Shown here: in pieces, positions 9,306 to 20,494 of the stretch
Numbering within the stretch: the stretch's first letter is position 1
Layout: each line of letters opens with the position of its first letter
Assembly: GCA_963422635.1 (NCBI GenBank)
Contig: OY730415.1
Coordinates: 1,210,088 to 1,274,087, forward strand
From: Dehalococcoidia bacterium
Lineage (GTDB): Bacteria; Chloroflexota; Dehalococcoidia; Lucifugimonadales; UBA3495
DNA length: 64,000 nt
Reading direction: 5' to 3'
Notes under the pieces: generated by a model
Databases searched by the model: none
What the model was told of the DNA's origin: nothing
What the model saw: the letters and a program-made list of their open reading frames with translations, nothing else
Made by a program: the position numbers and the translations under genes

Positions 9306-9387
9306 TTCAGGCTCCTTTAATAAGCGTCATAGTAATCGTCGTTTTGCAACGAAAACGAATGAGTTACCGCCGATGGCTTGGTCTGCG

Positions 9388-11724
9388 TTACTTCTCCACC
9401 TTTTCCAGGCCGGCGTAGCTGAGCAGGAGCCGCCGCAGTTCGCCGCCGTCGAAGCGGACGGATACTTCGTAGTCGTTACCCCACGCCTCGCAGGCCATGA
9501 CCACCCCTACGCCGAATCGGCTGTGCCGCACCCCGTCGCCGATTTCCGGCACGTATCCCGGCGGCGGCTGGGTCGGGGCGGCGGCGGATGAACCGGGGGG
9601 CGAGCCGGGGGCTGAACCGGAGGATAAGGAATGCGGCTCCCGGTTCCGCGAGGGGGGACGCGGGCTGTCGGCAAGCCGGGCCGATGACGCTCCGGTTCCG
9701 GTTCCGGCGCGATTACCCCTTACGTTGCTGCCGGGGGCGCGGGCGTAGGTAGTTAGCTCCTCCGGAATCTCATCCAGAAAACGGGAGCGCAGAGTGGGGC
9801 CGCTGCTGCCCCACATGCTGCGGCGGAAGGCGCGCACTAAGTACAGCTTCTCCTTGGCTCGGGTGATGCCCACATAGCAGAGCCGCCGTTCCTCCTCCAG
9901 TTCTTCGTTGCTGTCCATGGAGCGGCTGTGGGGCAACAGACCCTCTTCCAGACCCACGATGAACACTACCGGAAACTCCAGTCCCTTGGCCTGATGCAGG
10001 GTAATTAGGGTAAGGGTGTCTTCCGATTCTTCGTAGCTGTCGGCATCGGAAACCAGGGAAACCCGCTCTAACAGGGCGGCCAGATCGTTCTCTGGGGAGT
10101 CGGAATGGTGTTCTCCGGCCAAGGCGATGAACTCCCGGAGGTTTTCCAGTCGTTCTTCCGGGCTGTTGTCGTTGCGCTGGATGTGGGCTTCCAGGCCCGA
10201 CTCGGCCAGGGTTAGCTTAATCAGGTCCGCCACCGGCATTTTGGTCTTGAGTTCGGTCAGGCGGCCCAGCAGGTCGCCGAACCGGGCCACGGCGGTATAG
10301 GCGCGGGATGCCAGGGGCGCCGGACAAGGCATCCCAGCGGCTTTGGCCTGGGATACCAGGAGGAGGGCGGCATAAACCGAGAGGCCCTGGCCGATGGACC
10401 AGTTGGTCAAGTCCTGAATCGACTTGTCGCCGATGCCCCGGGGCGGCGTATTGATGGCCCGCGCCAGGTTCAGGTCGTCTTGGGGGTTGTGGAGCAGGAA
10501 AAGGTAGGCGAGCAGGTCGCGGATTTCCCGCCGCCGGTAAAACTGGATGCCGCCGATAATGCGATACTTTATCCCTTGGCGCAGGCAGGCTTCTTCCAGG
10601 GCGCGGGATTGGGCGTTTACGCGGTACATCACGGCGCAGCGGCCGGGGGGTATTCTTTCCCGCCGGGCCAGGTCGTTTATCTGTTTAAGGACAAAGGCGG
10701 CCTCCTCATCCTGGGTATAAGCCTCGTGGATCACCACTTCCATCCCGGCGGGGTTCTCGGTGGTCAGTTCTTTGGGGGCCCGCATACCGTTGTTGGCGAT
10801 AAGACTGCTGGCCGCCCCCAGGATGGTTTGGGTGGAGCGATAGTTCTGCTCCAGGGTGATGACCTGGGCGTCCGGGTAGTCCTGCTGAAAGCTGAGAATG
10901 TTGCGGATGTCGGCGTTGCGCCAAGAGTAGATGGACTGGTCGGGGTCGCCGACCACGCAGATGTTCTGGTCGGGGCCGGTGAGCAGCCGGGCCAGCCGGT
11001 ACTGGGCGATGTTGGTATCTTGAAACTCGTCAATCATCAAGTATTCGTAGCGGCGCTGATACTCTTCGCGCACCTCGGCATTTTCGTAGAGGAGTTGGAC
11101 GGCTCGCAGCAGCAGGTCGTCGAAGTCCACGGCGTTGCGGCGCGCCAGCAGTTCTTCGTAGTGGTGATAGACTCGGGCGGCGGTTTCTTCCGGGTAGCTG
11201 TCATCGGTCTGGGCCTGCCGGGCCAGGGCTTCCGAACCCATCAGCAGGCTCTTGGCCCGGGAGATGATGGCCTGCATCGCCCGGGGTGGGTTGCGCTGGT
11301 CGTCAACGTCGGCTAGTTTCATGGCCTGCTTAAGCAGGCCCAACTGGTCGTCCGAGTCGTAAATGGTGTAATTGGCGTCGAGGCCGACGCCGTAGCCGTG
11401 GCGGCGGAGCAGCCGGGCGCAAAAGGAGTGGAAGGTGCCGGCAAAGATGGCGTCGGCCGCCGACTGGTTACTGCCGAAAAGGGACTGGGTGCGCTCCCGC
11501 AGTTCCCGGGCTGCTTTGTTGGTAAAGGTAACGGCGGCGATGCGGTAGGGGCTGACCCGGCATTCCTGCGCCAAGTAAGCGATGCGGTGGGTGATGACCC
11601 GGGTTTTGCCGCTGCCCGGCCCGGCGACAATCAGCAGCGGGCCGGCGGTGTGCAACACCGCTTCCGCCTGAGCGGGGTTCAGCCCGTCGATCAGGTTAAT
11701 GCCTGGAGCGTTTGGTTGATGCAT
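9388..11724 (-). CDS. pcrA: ATP-dependent DNA helicase PcrA/UvrD
   Basis: AGPGSGKTRV, TFTNKAA, DEFQDTN, GDPDQSIYSWRNA, NYRS, TLHQAKGLEF and YVGITRAK motifs, with a C-terminal Tudor-like tail. Confidence 0.9.
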   Translation of the reverse strand: MHQPNAPGINLIDGLNPAQAEAVLHTAGPLLIVAGPGSGKTRVITHRIAYLAQECRVSPYRIAAVTFTNKAARELRERTQSLFGSNQSAADAIFAGTFHSFCARLLRRHGYGVGLDANYTIYDSDDQLGLLKQAMKLADVDDQRNPPRAMQAIISRAKSLLMGSEALARQAQTDDSYPEETAARVYHHYEELLARRNAVDFDDLLLRAVQLLYENAEVREEYQRRYEYLMIDEFQDTNIAQYRLARLLTGPDQNICVVGDPDQSIYSWRNADIRNILSFQQDYPDAQVITLEQNYRSTQTILGAASSLIANNGMRAPKELTTENPAGMEVVIHEAYTQDEEAAFVLKQINDLARRERIPPGRCAVMYRVNAQSRALEEACLRQGIKYRIIGGIQFYRRREIRDLLAYLFLLHNPQDDLNLARAINTPPRGIGDKSIQDLTNWSIGQGLSVYAALLLVSQAKAAGMPCPAPLASRAYTAVARFGDLLGRLTELKTKMPVADLIKLTLAESGLEAHIQRNDNSPEERLENLREFIALAGEHHSDSPENDLAALLERVSLVSDADSYEESEDTLTLITLHQAKGLEFPVVFIVGLEEGLLPHSRSMDSNEELEEERRLCYVGITRAKEKLYLVRAFRRSMWGSSGPTLRSRFLDEIPEELTTYARAPGSNVRGNRAGTGTGASSARLADSPRPPSRNREPHSLSSGSAPGSPPGSSAAAPTQPPPGYVPEIGDGVRHSRFGVGVVMACEAWGNDYEVSVRFDGGELRRLLLSYAGLEKVEK

Positions 11725-12008
11725 CGCCGGCCAATTATAGCACGAGGCTGGGCCGGGGAAAGGGCCGGCTGGCTCGGGAAGTTAGCCCGGTCGAACCGGG
11801 CGGAAATACGCCGCCGGCTGAAAATGGCGGCCGGAAAAAGCCGGCCGGGTCATTATGGGATGATTCCCGAACTATCAGTTCCGATTTGACGCGCTGCCGG
11901 ACTTTGCAATCATCCGGTTGGTAGAGGATAGGACGGCATCGGATGCTGGGGGTCAAAAACCGGCGGCAACGTGTATAATAGCCCCAGAATCTCAGGAGGA
12001 GGGTCAGT

Positions 12009-12905
12009 ATGACGGAGATAGGCCGGCTAATAACGGCGATGATAACCCCCTTTGATGCTGCTGGGCAGGTGGACTATGCCCAGGCCGGGCGTCTGGCTAA
12101 CGCCTTACTGGACTCGGGCAGCGACGGCGTGATTGTATCCGGCACCACCGGCGAATCCCCTACGCTCACCACCGAGGAGAAGATTCGGCTCTTTGCCGAG
12201 GTCAAGCGCGCCGTCGGCGACCGGGGCGCAGTGGTCGCTGGCACGGGCAACTACAGCACCGCCGAAAGCATTGAATTGAGCCGGGAGGCCGAGCGGGCCG
12301 GCGCGGATGGCGTACTGCTGGTGGTTCCCTATTATAACAAGCCCCCGCAGGAAGGACTTTATCAGCACTTCAAGGCGGTCGCTGGCAGCATCCACCTGCC
12401 CTGTATGCTTTATAATGTGACCAGCCGCACCAGCCTCAATATGTCCCACGATACTACCATCCGGTTGAGCCACATCGACAATATCGTGGGAGTGAAAGAG
12501 GCCGGTAGCGATATGGACCAGATAACCCGCATTATTGACGGGGCGCGAGACGGCTTTCGGGTGTGGAGCGGCAACGACAACGAGACCTTCTACATTATGG
12601 CTACCGGCGGCTATGGGGTGGTCAGTGTGGCCGCTCACTTGGTGGGTAGCCAGATAAAGCATATGATGGGTCTGCTGTTGGAGGGAGAGGTGGAAGCGGC
12701 GGCGGCGGAACACCGGCGCCTGCTGGAGATATTCAAGGCGCTGTTCATCGTGTCCAACCCCATACCGGTTAAGCACGCCCTGAATCATATCGGTTTTCGG
12801 GTAGGTCGCCCGCGCTTGCCCCTAATCCCCGCTGACGAAAAGTCGGCAGCTCAGATTAACGAGACGCTGGCCCGCTATGACTTGGACCTGCCGGCGCCGG
12901 CCTAG
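12009..12905 (+). CDS. dapA: 4-hydroxy-tetrahydrodipicolinate synthase
   Basis: GTTGESPTLT and PYYNKP motifs; 298 aa; RBS AGGAGGA upstream. Confidence 0.9.
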   Translation: MTEIGRLITAMITPFDAAGQVDYAQAGRLANALLDSGSDGVIVSGTTGESPTLTTEEKIRLFAEVKRAVGDRGAVVAGTGNYSTAESIELSREAERAGADGVLLVVPYYNKPPQEGLYQHFKAVAGSIHLPCMLYNVTSRTSLNMSHDTTIRLSHIDNIVGVKEAGSDMDQITRIIDGARDGFRVWSGNDNETFYIMATGGYGVVSVAAHLVGSQIKHMMGLLLEGEVEAAAAEHRRLLEIFKALFIVSNPIPVKHALNHIGFRVGRPRLPLIPADEKSAAQINETLARYDLDLPAPA

Positions 12906-12985
12906 CCTAGGGTTGCCCAAGCCCGGAAGGGTATGGAAGGGATGCGGGAATTGCCGGTTCCTTTGAGCTAAACCAGAGTTAAAAG

Positions 12986-13019
12986 GCCGCCGCCGGGTAG
13001 CGGACGGCCCGGCGGCGGC
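12986..13019 (+). terminator. Strong hairpin downstream of dapA (12-bp perfect GC stem)
   Basis: GCCGCCGCCGGG-10 nt-CCCGGCGGCGGC. There is no clear U-tract, so intrinsic termination is uncertain. Confidence 0.4.
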
Positions 13020-13300
13020 TCGCTAATCTAAAATCGCCGGCGCCCCAAATCGTTCGAAGCTGACCAAAACTGCCGGGCCCGGGTAAATTGCCAGGTCTAG
13101 TCGCGGATTAACTGGCCTTTTATCTAGACTTACATAAACTTGCATAGACGGGCCGGGATGGGCTGGATATAGCGGAAGTCAGCCGGTTCAGCCCTGCTCT
13201 GATCGCCTAACCGACTTGGTGAGGTCGTATGCTGCTAACGGAACGCTCTAATGACCTTTTCACGCCATGCCGGTTCGCCAAGCCGCTCGCCGGATAGAAC

Positions 13301-15352
13301 TTGAACGCCGGGTTAACTAATATCTACCGCCAGTGGGAAGTGAGCCAGCTTTTGCTCTGGACGGTGCGAGCCGGCATATTATTAGTTCTGGTAACGCCGC
13401 TGGTCGTAACGCCAAGCGCCCTGTTTCCCTATGTGGTCGGGAAGGCGCTATTCGCCCGGTCGGTCATCGAGGTTACCTTTGCCTGCTGGCTGATATTAAT
13501 CTTCTACTATCCGCAGCATCGCCCGGCCCGTTCCTGGGTAATCGGCGCATTGAGCGTATGGCTGTTGGTTTCCCTGATTGCCGGATTTGCGGGAGTGAGT
13601 CCGGTTAGAAGCTTGTGGTCAAACTTTGAGCGGATGCAGGGCGTAATCGACTTGGCGCATTGGTGCGTCCTGGTACTGGTAGCCGGCTCCGTCTTTCGCT
13701 CCTTTTCAGGTTGGCGGCTGCTATTTACCCTAAACCTGGGCGTGGCGGTGGTGGTGTCCACCCTGGGACTGATTCAACACTATGACCTTTTCGACTCGCC
13801 CGTGGTAGGAGACTCGGAGCGGATTGAGTCTACCCTGGGTAATGCCGCCTACATGGGCGCTTACGCTATGGTTAACTCCATCATCGGCTTGGGCCTTCTC
13901 TTCCAATCCCTGGGCCGGTCCCCAGCGGAACCGGAAAGGGAACCGGCCCAGCGCCGGCAGTGGAGCAGAGCCGCCCGCCGCCGCGCCCGGCCCGGCGGGG
14001 GGCGATTCCCTTATCTTCCGTTACATCTTCCTTTACTCCAGGGGTTTTGGCTGTTGGCTGCGCTCGTATGCCTGTGGACGCTCTGGTTAACCGCTACTCG
14101 GGGAGCGGTCGTTGGTCTGGGAGCCGGCGTCATAACCTTTGCGGTTGGGTATATTTTATGGGGATCAATGCGCCGGGCGCGGCGGGCCTGCTACGTCATC
14201 CTGGCCGTCTCAGTAGTTGCGGTAGCGCTGGTTATGGTTGCCCGGTTCAGCCCGGCCCTGGATCCCTTGGTGAACTCCAGCTCGATGTTGCAGCGGCTGA
14301 ATTCCATCGGGTACGTGGACAACAGCGTTCGCGGGCGGCTTGTGTCGCTCCAGGTGGGCGTCAGAGCCTATCAGGAAAAGCCGATCCTCGGCTGGGGGCC
14401 GGAGAACTACCTGGTTGTCTGGGGGCGATACCTGCCCCCCGGGAATACTGCGATGGCCCGATTTGACCAAGCGCACAACAAAGTATTGGAAGAACTGGTT
14501 ACCAAGGGAGCCATGGGGTTGTTAACCTATATGCTGGTCTGGCTGGCGATGGCCGTGGTATTAGTTCGCTCGGTAAGGCGCAGACAGCGACAGGACCAGT
14601 TTTTGGTCTTGGCCTTGAGCGGCGCGCTGGTGGCCTTCTTTGTGCAGAACCTCTTTCTGTTCGATACGCCGGTTACTGCGATGCAGTTAGCCTTCCTCAT
14701 GGCCTTTGTAGTGTCCGAGGAGCGTCAATGCCGAGACCGGGAGGAAAACCTAGCCCAGGAAAACGGGCCAGAGGCGCCCGCCACCCGCCGGGGAGCCGGC
14801 GGGTGGCGGGAAGCGTTGGGGTTGCGCCGGCGGTTCGACTGGATGTTCCGGGAGTTGCGCACCCTCCAGGGGGGAGCCTTGGCGGTCGTGGCGCTAACCG
14901 CTTTAACCATCTGGTTACTGTTTAACTATAATGTGAAGCCCTATAATGCGGCGCAGGCGGCGAATCTATCGATCAATTCAGCTTCCTGGAGCGAGGCGGC
15001 CGCTCATTTTAACCGGTCTGCCGAAGCGTTTCCCGCCCTCGCCAATATCCCCAGAAGTTACCTGATAATCGAAGCAGCCGACAATATCGAGTCTGTGCCG
15101 GAGGAAGAGTTCACGCCGGCGGTCGCCCTGATTACGGTAGAAGGGTGGAAGGCCCTGAACGTCGAGCCGCAGAACTGGTATCTACACGCCAAATTGGCCC
15201 ACTTCTATCAGCGGGCATCCCTCAGGAACTTGGAATACCTGGAAGATGCTGGCAAACATGCTCGCGAGGCCTTTCGATTGGCGCCTAATATCCCCCAGCC
15301 TCGGGCAGTCTGGAGAGAACAGGAACGGCTTGAACGGCAACTGGCAAACTAG
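13301..15352 (+). CDS. O-antigen ligase (Wzy_C)-like polytopic membrane protein with C-terminal TPR-like region
   Basis: About 10 predicted TM helices, a central ATRGAVVGL loop typical of the O-antigen ligase family, and a helical-repeat C-terminus. Start codon uncertain. Confidence 0.55.
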   Translation: MNAGLTNIYRQWEVSQLLLWTVRAGILLVLVTPLVVTPSALFPYVVGKALFARSVIEVTFACWLILIFYYPQHRPARSWVIGALSVWLLVSLIAGFAGVSPVRSLWSNFERMQGVIDLAHWCVLVLVAGSVFRSFSGWRLLFTLNLGVAVVVSTLGLIQHYDLFDSPVVGDSERIESTLGNAAYMGAYAMVNSIIGLGLLFQSLGRSPAEPEREPAQRRQWSRAARRRARPGGGRFPYLPLHLPLLQGFWLLAALVCLWTLWLTATRGAVVGLGAGVITFAVGYILWGSMRRARRACYVILAVSVVAVALVMVARFSPALDPLVNSSSMLQRLNSIGYVDNSVRGRLVSLQVGVRAYQEKPILGWGPENYLVVWGRYLPPGNTAMARFDQAHNKVLEELVTKGAMGLLTYMLVWLAMAVVLVRSVRRRQRQDQFLVLALSGALVAFFVQNLFLFDTPVTAMQLAFLMAFVVSEERQCRDREENLAQENGPEAPATRRGAGGWREALGLRRRFDWMFRELRTLQGGALAVVALTALTIWLLFNYNVKPYNAAQAANLSINSASWSEAAAHFNRSAEAFPALANIPRSYLIIEAADNIESVPEEEFTPAVALITVEGWKALNVEPQNWYLHAKLAHFYQRASLRNLEYLEDAGKHAREAFRLAPNIPQPRAVWREQERLERQLAN

Positions 15353-15445
15353 CGGGCATCGTCAAAGCAGCCGGCTTCCAAGCGGGCGCTTTTCGGATTC
15401 TCCCGGTTCTTTAGGAAGCGGGCAGGGCGGGGGCCTTCCTCTGAT

Positions 15446-15551
15446 AATGAAAGTTCCCCGGGAAAATGAAAGTTCCCCGGGCTTGGCCTCCAGCATCAGC
15501 CACGCCGCCATCTGGAACCACCCGGGAAATGAAAGTTCCCCGGGCTTGGCC
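15446..15551. repeat. Three direct copies of AATGAAAGTTCCCCGGG(CTTGGCC)
   Basis: Copies at 15446, 15465 and 15528. The last two share 24 nt and are 63 bp apart. They lie just upstream of the leuB promoter candidate. Confidence 0.8.
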
Positions 15552-15560
15552 CTTGTTCCC

Positions 15561-15590
15561 TTGGATACCCCGGAAGTTTAAGGTTATACT
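15561..15590 (+). promoter_or_regulatory. Candidate sigma70-type promoter for leuB
   Basis: TTGGAT (15561-15566), 18-nt spacer, TATACT (15585-15590). Confidence 0.4.
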
Positions 15591-15724
15591 GTTGCCCGGT
15601 CGGGTTGGGGTTGACCCGGCCGGCAGCGGGTTGCGGTCGGTCGCGGGTGATAGACGGGGACTGAAGATTGGCTGACCAGGCCGGCGAGTTGCTGCGGGTA
15701 TTTTGAGACGCATATTGGTCAATA

Positions 15725-16834
<1,110 letters not shown>

Positions 16835-16913
16835 CTAATCCAGACCTCCGGGCAGCTTGGGGCGCTTCAAGCTGCCCGGAGGATACGTCTGAAAGTTGAG
16901 TTGAGAAGAGTAT

Positions 16914-17966
16914 ATGCCGGGGTTCCCCGATTCGGTTGGACTGCTAGTATCGCTCCCCGTATTCATTGCCAGCGCCGCTGCCGTCATATTTCTGGGCGTC
17001 CAGCTTGCCAAGTATGGCGACGCCTTGGCGACCTTGACCGGCTGGGGGCGCCTGTTTGTGGGCAGCATTCTGGTGGCGCTGGCAACCTCGCTGCCGGAAC
17101 TGTCCAATAATATCACCGCCGTGCGGATTGACAACCCCCAACTGGCCCTGGGCAACGTGGTGGGCGCCAACATGGTCAATATGTTCACCATGGCGGTGTT
17201 GGCGCTGATTTTTGGCGGACGGCGGTTTCTGCAACGGGTGGCGCCGGAACAGGGCTACCTGATCGTCTTGGCCGCTATCCTGACCGGATTGGCGGTAATG
17301 TTCGCCGGCTGGCATGCCCTGGCTCCCGGCGCCATCACCGAATTGGATGTTTGGGCCATTGGCCTACCCTCGCTGTTCCTGCTGGCGGTCTATGTCATCG
17401 GGATGCGGCTGGTGTACCAGCGCCGGCCGGCCGGGGACGCGGACGACGCGGCGGAGGACCCGGGGATGACCTTGAGACGGGCCTGGCTCATTTTCAGCCT
17501 GGTGTCGGTGGGAGTGATTATCGCCGGCGTGTTCTTGGCCCAGAGCGCCGACTGGATTGCCAACGCGACCGGTATATCCTCCGGGGTGCTGGGGATATTG
17601 GCCGTGTCCATCGTAACCACCATGCCCGAGGCGTCGGCGGCGGTAGCGGCGGCCCGCATGGGCGCGGCGGACTTGGGCGTGGCCGGGCTGTATGGCAGCT
17701 GCGTCTTTAACGCGACCATCCTGGCCTATGCCGACCCCTTTTACCGGGGAGGCGAGAACTGCGCTTCGGTAGTGTTATTGAACTGCGCTTCGCCGGAGCA
17801 TTTCGTGGCGGGAATCATCGCCGTCGCCCTGATCCTCTGGGGTGGGTTGCTGCTCTGGGGGCGAAACCGCTTTCCTCAGCCGTTGGTCGTGGGCGGCTTG
17901 GCGTTAATGGCGTCGGTTTACGTCCTTGGCGCCGCTTGGGTAGTCCTCTTGGGCGCGTCCAGCTAG
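16914..17966 (+). CDS. Ca2+/cation antiporter (CaCA, Na_Ca_ex) family membrane protein
   Basis: Two alpha-repeat regions, including GNVVGANMVNMF; about 10 TM helices. Confidence 0.75.
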   Translation: MPGFPDSVGLLVSLPVFIASAAAVIFLGVQLAKYGDALATLTGWGRLFVGSILVALATSLPELSNNITAVRIDNPQLALGNVVGANMVNMFTMAVLALIFGGRRFLQRVAPEQGYLIVLAAILTGLAVMFAGWHALAPGAITELDVWAIGLPSLFLLAVYVIGMRLVYQRRPAGDADDAAEDPGMTLRRAWLIFSLVSVGVIIAGVFLAQSADWIANATGISSGVLGILAVSIVTTMPEASAAVAAARMGAADLGVAGLYGSCVFNATILAYADPFYRGGENCASVVLLNCASPEHFVAGIIAVALILWGGLLLWGRNRFPQPLVVGGLALMASVYVLGAAWVVLLGASS

Positions 17967-17978
17967 GGCAGAGAACCG

Positions 17979-18003
17979 TCTTGCCTTGCCTTGTCTTGTC
18001 TTG
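17979..18003. repeat. Pentanucleotide microsatellite (CTTGY)x5
   Basis: cttgc cttgc cttgt cttgt cttgt, directly after the antiporter stop. Confidence 0.9.
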
Positions 18004-18152
18004 TATTGGTTGATGAGAGTCCTTCTGGCCGCGCCCAGCTAGGGCAGAATCGCCCTAGCCTTAACCTGACGGAAGCGGGGACTTTAGCGACAATAAAAGA
18101 ACCGGCCGTCAGCGGCTACGAACTATAAATGTGGGCTATAAAGGAGTTATCG

Positions 18153-18464
18153 ATGATTAAAGTTTCGTTCTTGTATGCCAATGAACCGGACAAAAAGTTT
18201 GACTTGGGTTACTTCACTGGTACGCATATACCTCTGGTGCATCAGCGGCTGGACTCGATGGGTTTGCTGCGCTCCGAGGTGGAGAGCGGGGTTAGTTCCG
18301 CTGACCCCAACGCCCCGGCTCCCTTCATCGCGGTGAGCAACCTCTATTTCAACACCGCCGATGAGGTTCATGAGGGGTTCAAGACTCACGGGCGAGAGTT
18401 GATGGGCGACACGGCCAACTATACCGACATCCGTCCTCAAGTTCAGATAAGCGAGTTGGTGTAG
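18153..18464 (+). CDS. EthD-domain (TIGR02118-like) protein
   Basis: ATG at 18153 preceded by AAGGAG. MIKVSFLY...FDLGYF...HIPLV pattern. Confidence 0.55.
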   Translation: MIKVSFLYANEPDKKFDLGYFTGTHIPLVHQRLDSMGLLRSEVESGVSSADPNAPAPFIAVSNLYFNTADEVHEGFKTHGRELMGDTANYTDIRPQVQISELV

Positions 18465-18605
18465 CCCGGCCCGGAGCCGGGTTTTGTCCTACGAGGCCTG
18501 GAGGGCTGGAGCATAGCGCATACCCCGATGGTTTATGCCGGCATCGCGGCATAGGCGCCGAGGTTTTGCGCCCCCAGTGGAAAACCGCCCTAGGGAGCAG
18601 ATTTT

Positions 18606-20342
18606 ATGGACAGCGTTTTTGACCGCTTGGCCCAGCGGCTGATTAAGGAACATTGGGATTTTTACCCTACCGCCGGCTCGCGCATCGGCAGGCATGAGTA
18701 TGATGGTCAACTTCCTGACCTGTCGCCCCATCGGTTGACTCGCCGGATTGAGGAACTGCGGCGGGGATTGGCCCAGCTATCGGGGATCGCTGAACCGGAT
18801 GCTAACGTCGATTCCGATTCCGGCTTCGGCTCCAGCGCCGCTTCCAACGGCGCAGTCCTGGAACGGCGGCTGGAATGGCGCCTGCTGGAGCTGTTTTTGC
18901 GGCGGGAGTTGTTTAACTTGGAGGAACTGCGTCCGCTGGAAACCAACCCGATGCGGCAGGTGGGCTACCTGAACGTGGGCGGCTACGTCCAGCGAAACTA
19001 TGCGCCGCTGGCCGACCGCCTGCACGCCGCCACCCAGTCTTTGCGCCAGACGCCGGAGTTCTTGCAGGTTTTGGACGACGCCCTGGCTCCGGAACTGAGC
19101 CGTCCGACGCTGGAAATGAGCATCGAGAGCTACCGGGGGATGGCCCGCTTTTACCGGGTTGACCTGGACCAGTCGGGGAACCAGTCGGGCAATAATTCGG
19201 CGGGCGGCGGTTTGGTTGCTCCGGGCGTTCTGGCCGAGTTTGACGATGCCCGGGAGCGGGCGGCCCTGGCCCTGGAGGCTTTTGTGGCCCGGTTGGAGGA
19301 GCGTTTGGAGCAGGTCGGCAAGGGAGAAGACGGCGACTTTGCTTTGGGCGCCCAACGTTATGCGGCGATGCTGGCTCATGGCGAGGGGGTAAACGTTCCG
19401 CTGCGGGAGTTGATTGACTTGGGCCAGGCCAACCTGGAACAGAACCTGGAACGGCTGGCGACGGCTACCGCAGCGGTAGCGCCGGGCCGTTCTATCCGGG
19501 AGATAGTCGCCGACATTAGCCGCAACCACCCCGCCGCCGCCGCCTTGATACCGGAAACCCGGGGGATGCTGGAGGGCCTGCGCCAGTCCTTGCTGGATTT
19601 GGACCTGATTTCCTTGCCCTCGGAGGACCGCTGCCAGGTGGCGGAGACGCCCGCCTATATGCGGTACGCCTTCGCCGCGATGGACAGTCCCGGTTCCCTG
19701 GAAACCCGGGCCACCGAGTCCTTTTACTATATTACCCCGGTGGAAGAGGCGTGGACGGCCCGCCAGCAGGAGGAATGGCTTTCCAACTTTAACTATGAAA
19801 CCTTGCGTATCGTGTCGATTCACGAGGTTTATCCGGGACACTTTGTCCACCACCTGCACAACCGGCACGGCCGTCCCCTGCCCTTGGTCAACCGGGTGGC
19901 GACCTCCTATGCCTTTACCGAGGGTTGGGCGCACTATACGGAGCAGATGATGCTGGAAACGGACTATGGAAAGGGGGAGACGGCCCTGCTGGTTACGCAG
20001 TTATTGGAGGCGCTGGTGCGCAACTGCCGCTACTTGTGCGCCTTGGGGATGCACACCGGCGGGATGACGGTGGCGGAGGCGACCCGTTTCTTTAGGGATA
20101 ACGCCTATATGGAGGAACTGCCGGCGCGCCGGGAAGCCTTGCGCGGAACCTTTGACCCCGGCTATCTGAACTACACGTTGGGCAAGCTGATGATTCTCAA
20201 GTTGCGGGAAGATTATCGGCGCGAACAGGGCGCGGCCTACTCGCTGAAGGAGTTTCATGACCGGCTTTTGTCCTATGGGGCGCCCCCGTTGCCTTTGCTA
20301 CGGGAGGTAATGCTGACTCGTCCCGGAGCGGGGCCGCTGTAG
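18606..20342 (+). CDS. DUF885-family protein (putative metallopeptidase-like)
   Basis: 578 aa with HEVYPGHFVHH (HExxPGH) near the C-terminal third, as in DUF885. Confidence 0.7.
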   Translation: MDSVFDRLAQRLIKEHWDFYPTAGSRIGRHEYDGQLPDLSPHRLTRRIEELRRGLAQLSGIAEPDANVDSDSGFGSSAASNGAVLERRLEWRLLELFLRRELFNLEELRPLETNPMRQVGYLNVGGYVQRNYAPLADRLHAATQSLRQTPEFLQVLDDALAPELSRPTLEMSIESYRGMARFYRVDLDQSGNQSGNNSAGGGLVAPGVLAEFDDARERAALALEAFVARLEERLEQVGKGEDGDFALGAQRYAAMLAHGEGVNVPLRELIDLGQANLEQNLERLATATAAVAPGRSIREIVADISRNHPAAAALIPETRGMLEGLRQSLLDLDLISLPSEDRCQVAETPAYMRYAFAAMDSPGSLETRATESFYYITPVEEAWTARQQEEWLSNFNYETLRIVSIHEVYPGHFVHHLHNRHGRPLPLVNRVATSYAFTEGWAHYTEQMMLETDYGKGETALLVTQLLEALVRNCRYLCALGMHTGGMTVAEATRFFRDNAYMEELPARREALRGTFDPGYLNYTLGKLMILKLREDYRREQGAAYSLKEFHDRLLSYGAPPLPLLREVMLTRPGAGPL

Positions 20343-20494
20343 GGAATAGCCAAGGCAACCACCAAGGCTGCCCCTACCGTCGGCGGTTATTGCCCGGTAG
20401 TTATTGCTTCGTAGCCAAGACAATCCTGGCGGCCGCTGCTGAACTGCCCGAGAGGGGAACACCCGCCGGGTGTAGCAAGGAAGGGGGGAGGGAA

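Noticed and set aside
18777-19934. 385-aa minus-strand ORF antisense to the DUF885 gene
   Set aside because: Arg/Gly/Gln/Pro-rich with no recognisable domain. The plus-strand ORF has the HExxPGH motif and a coherent sequence.
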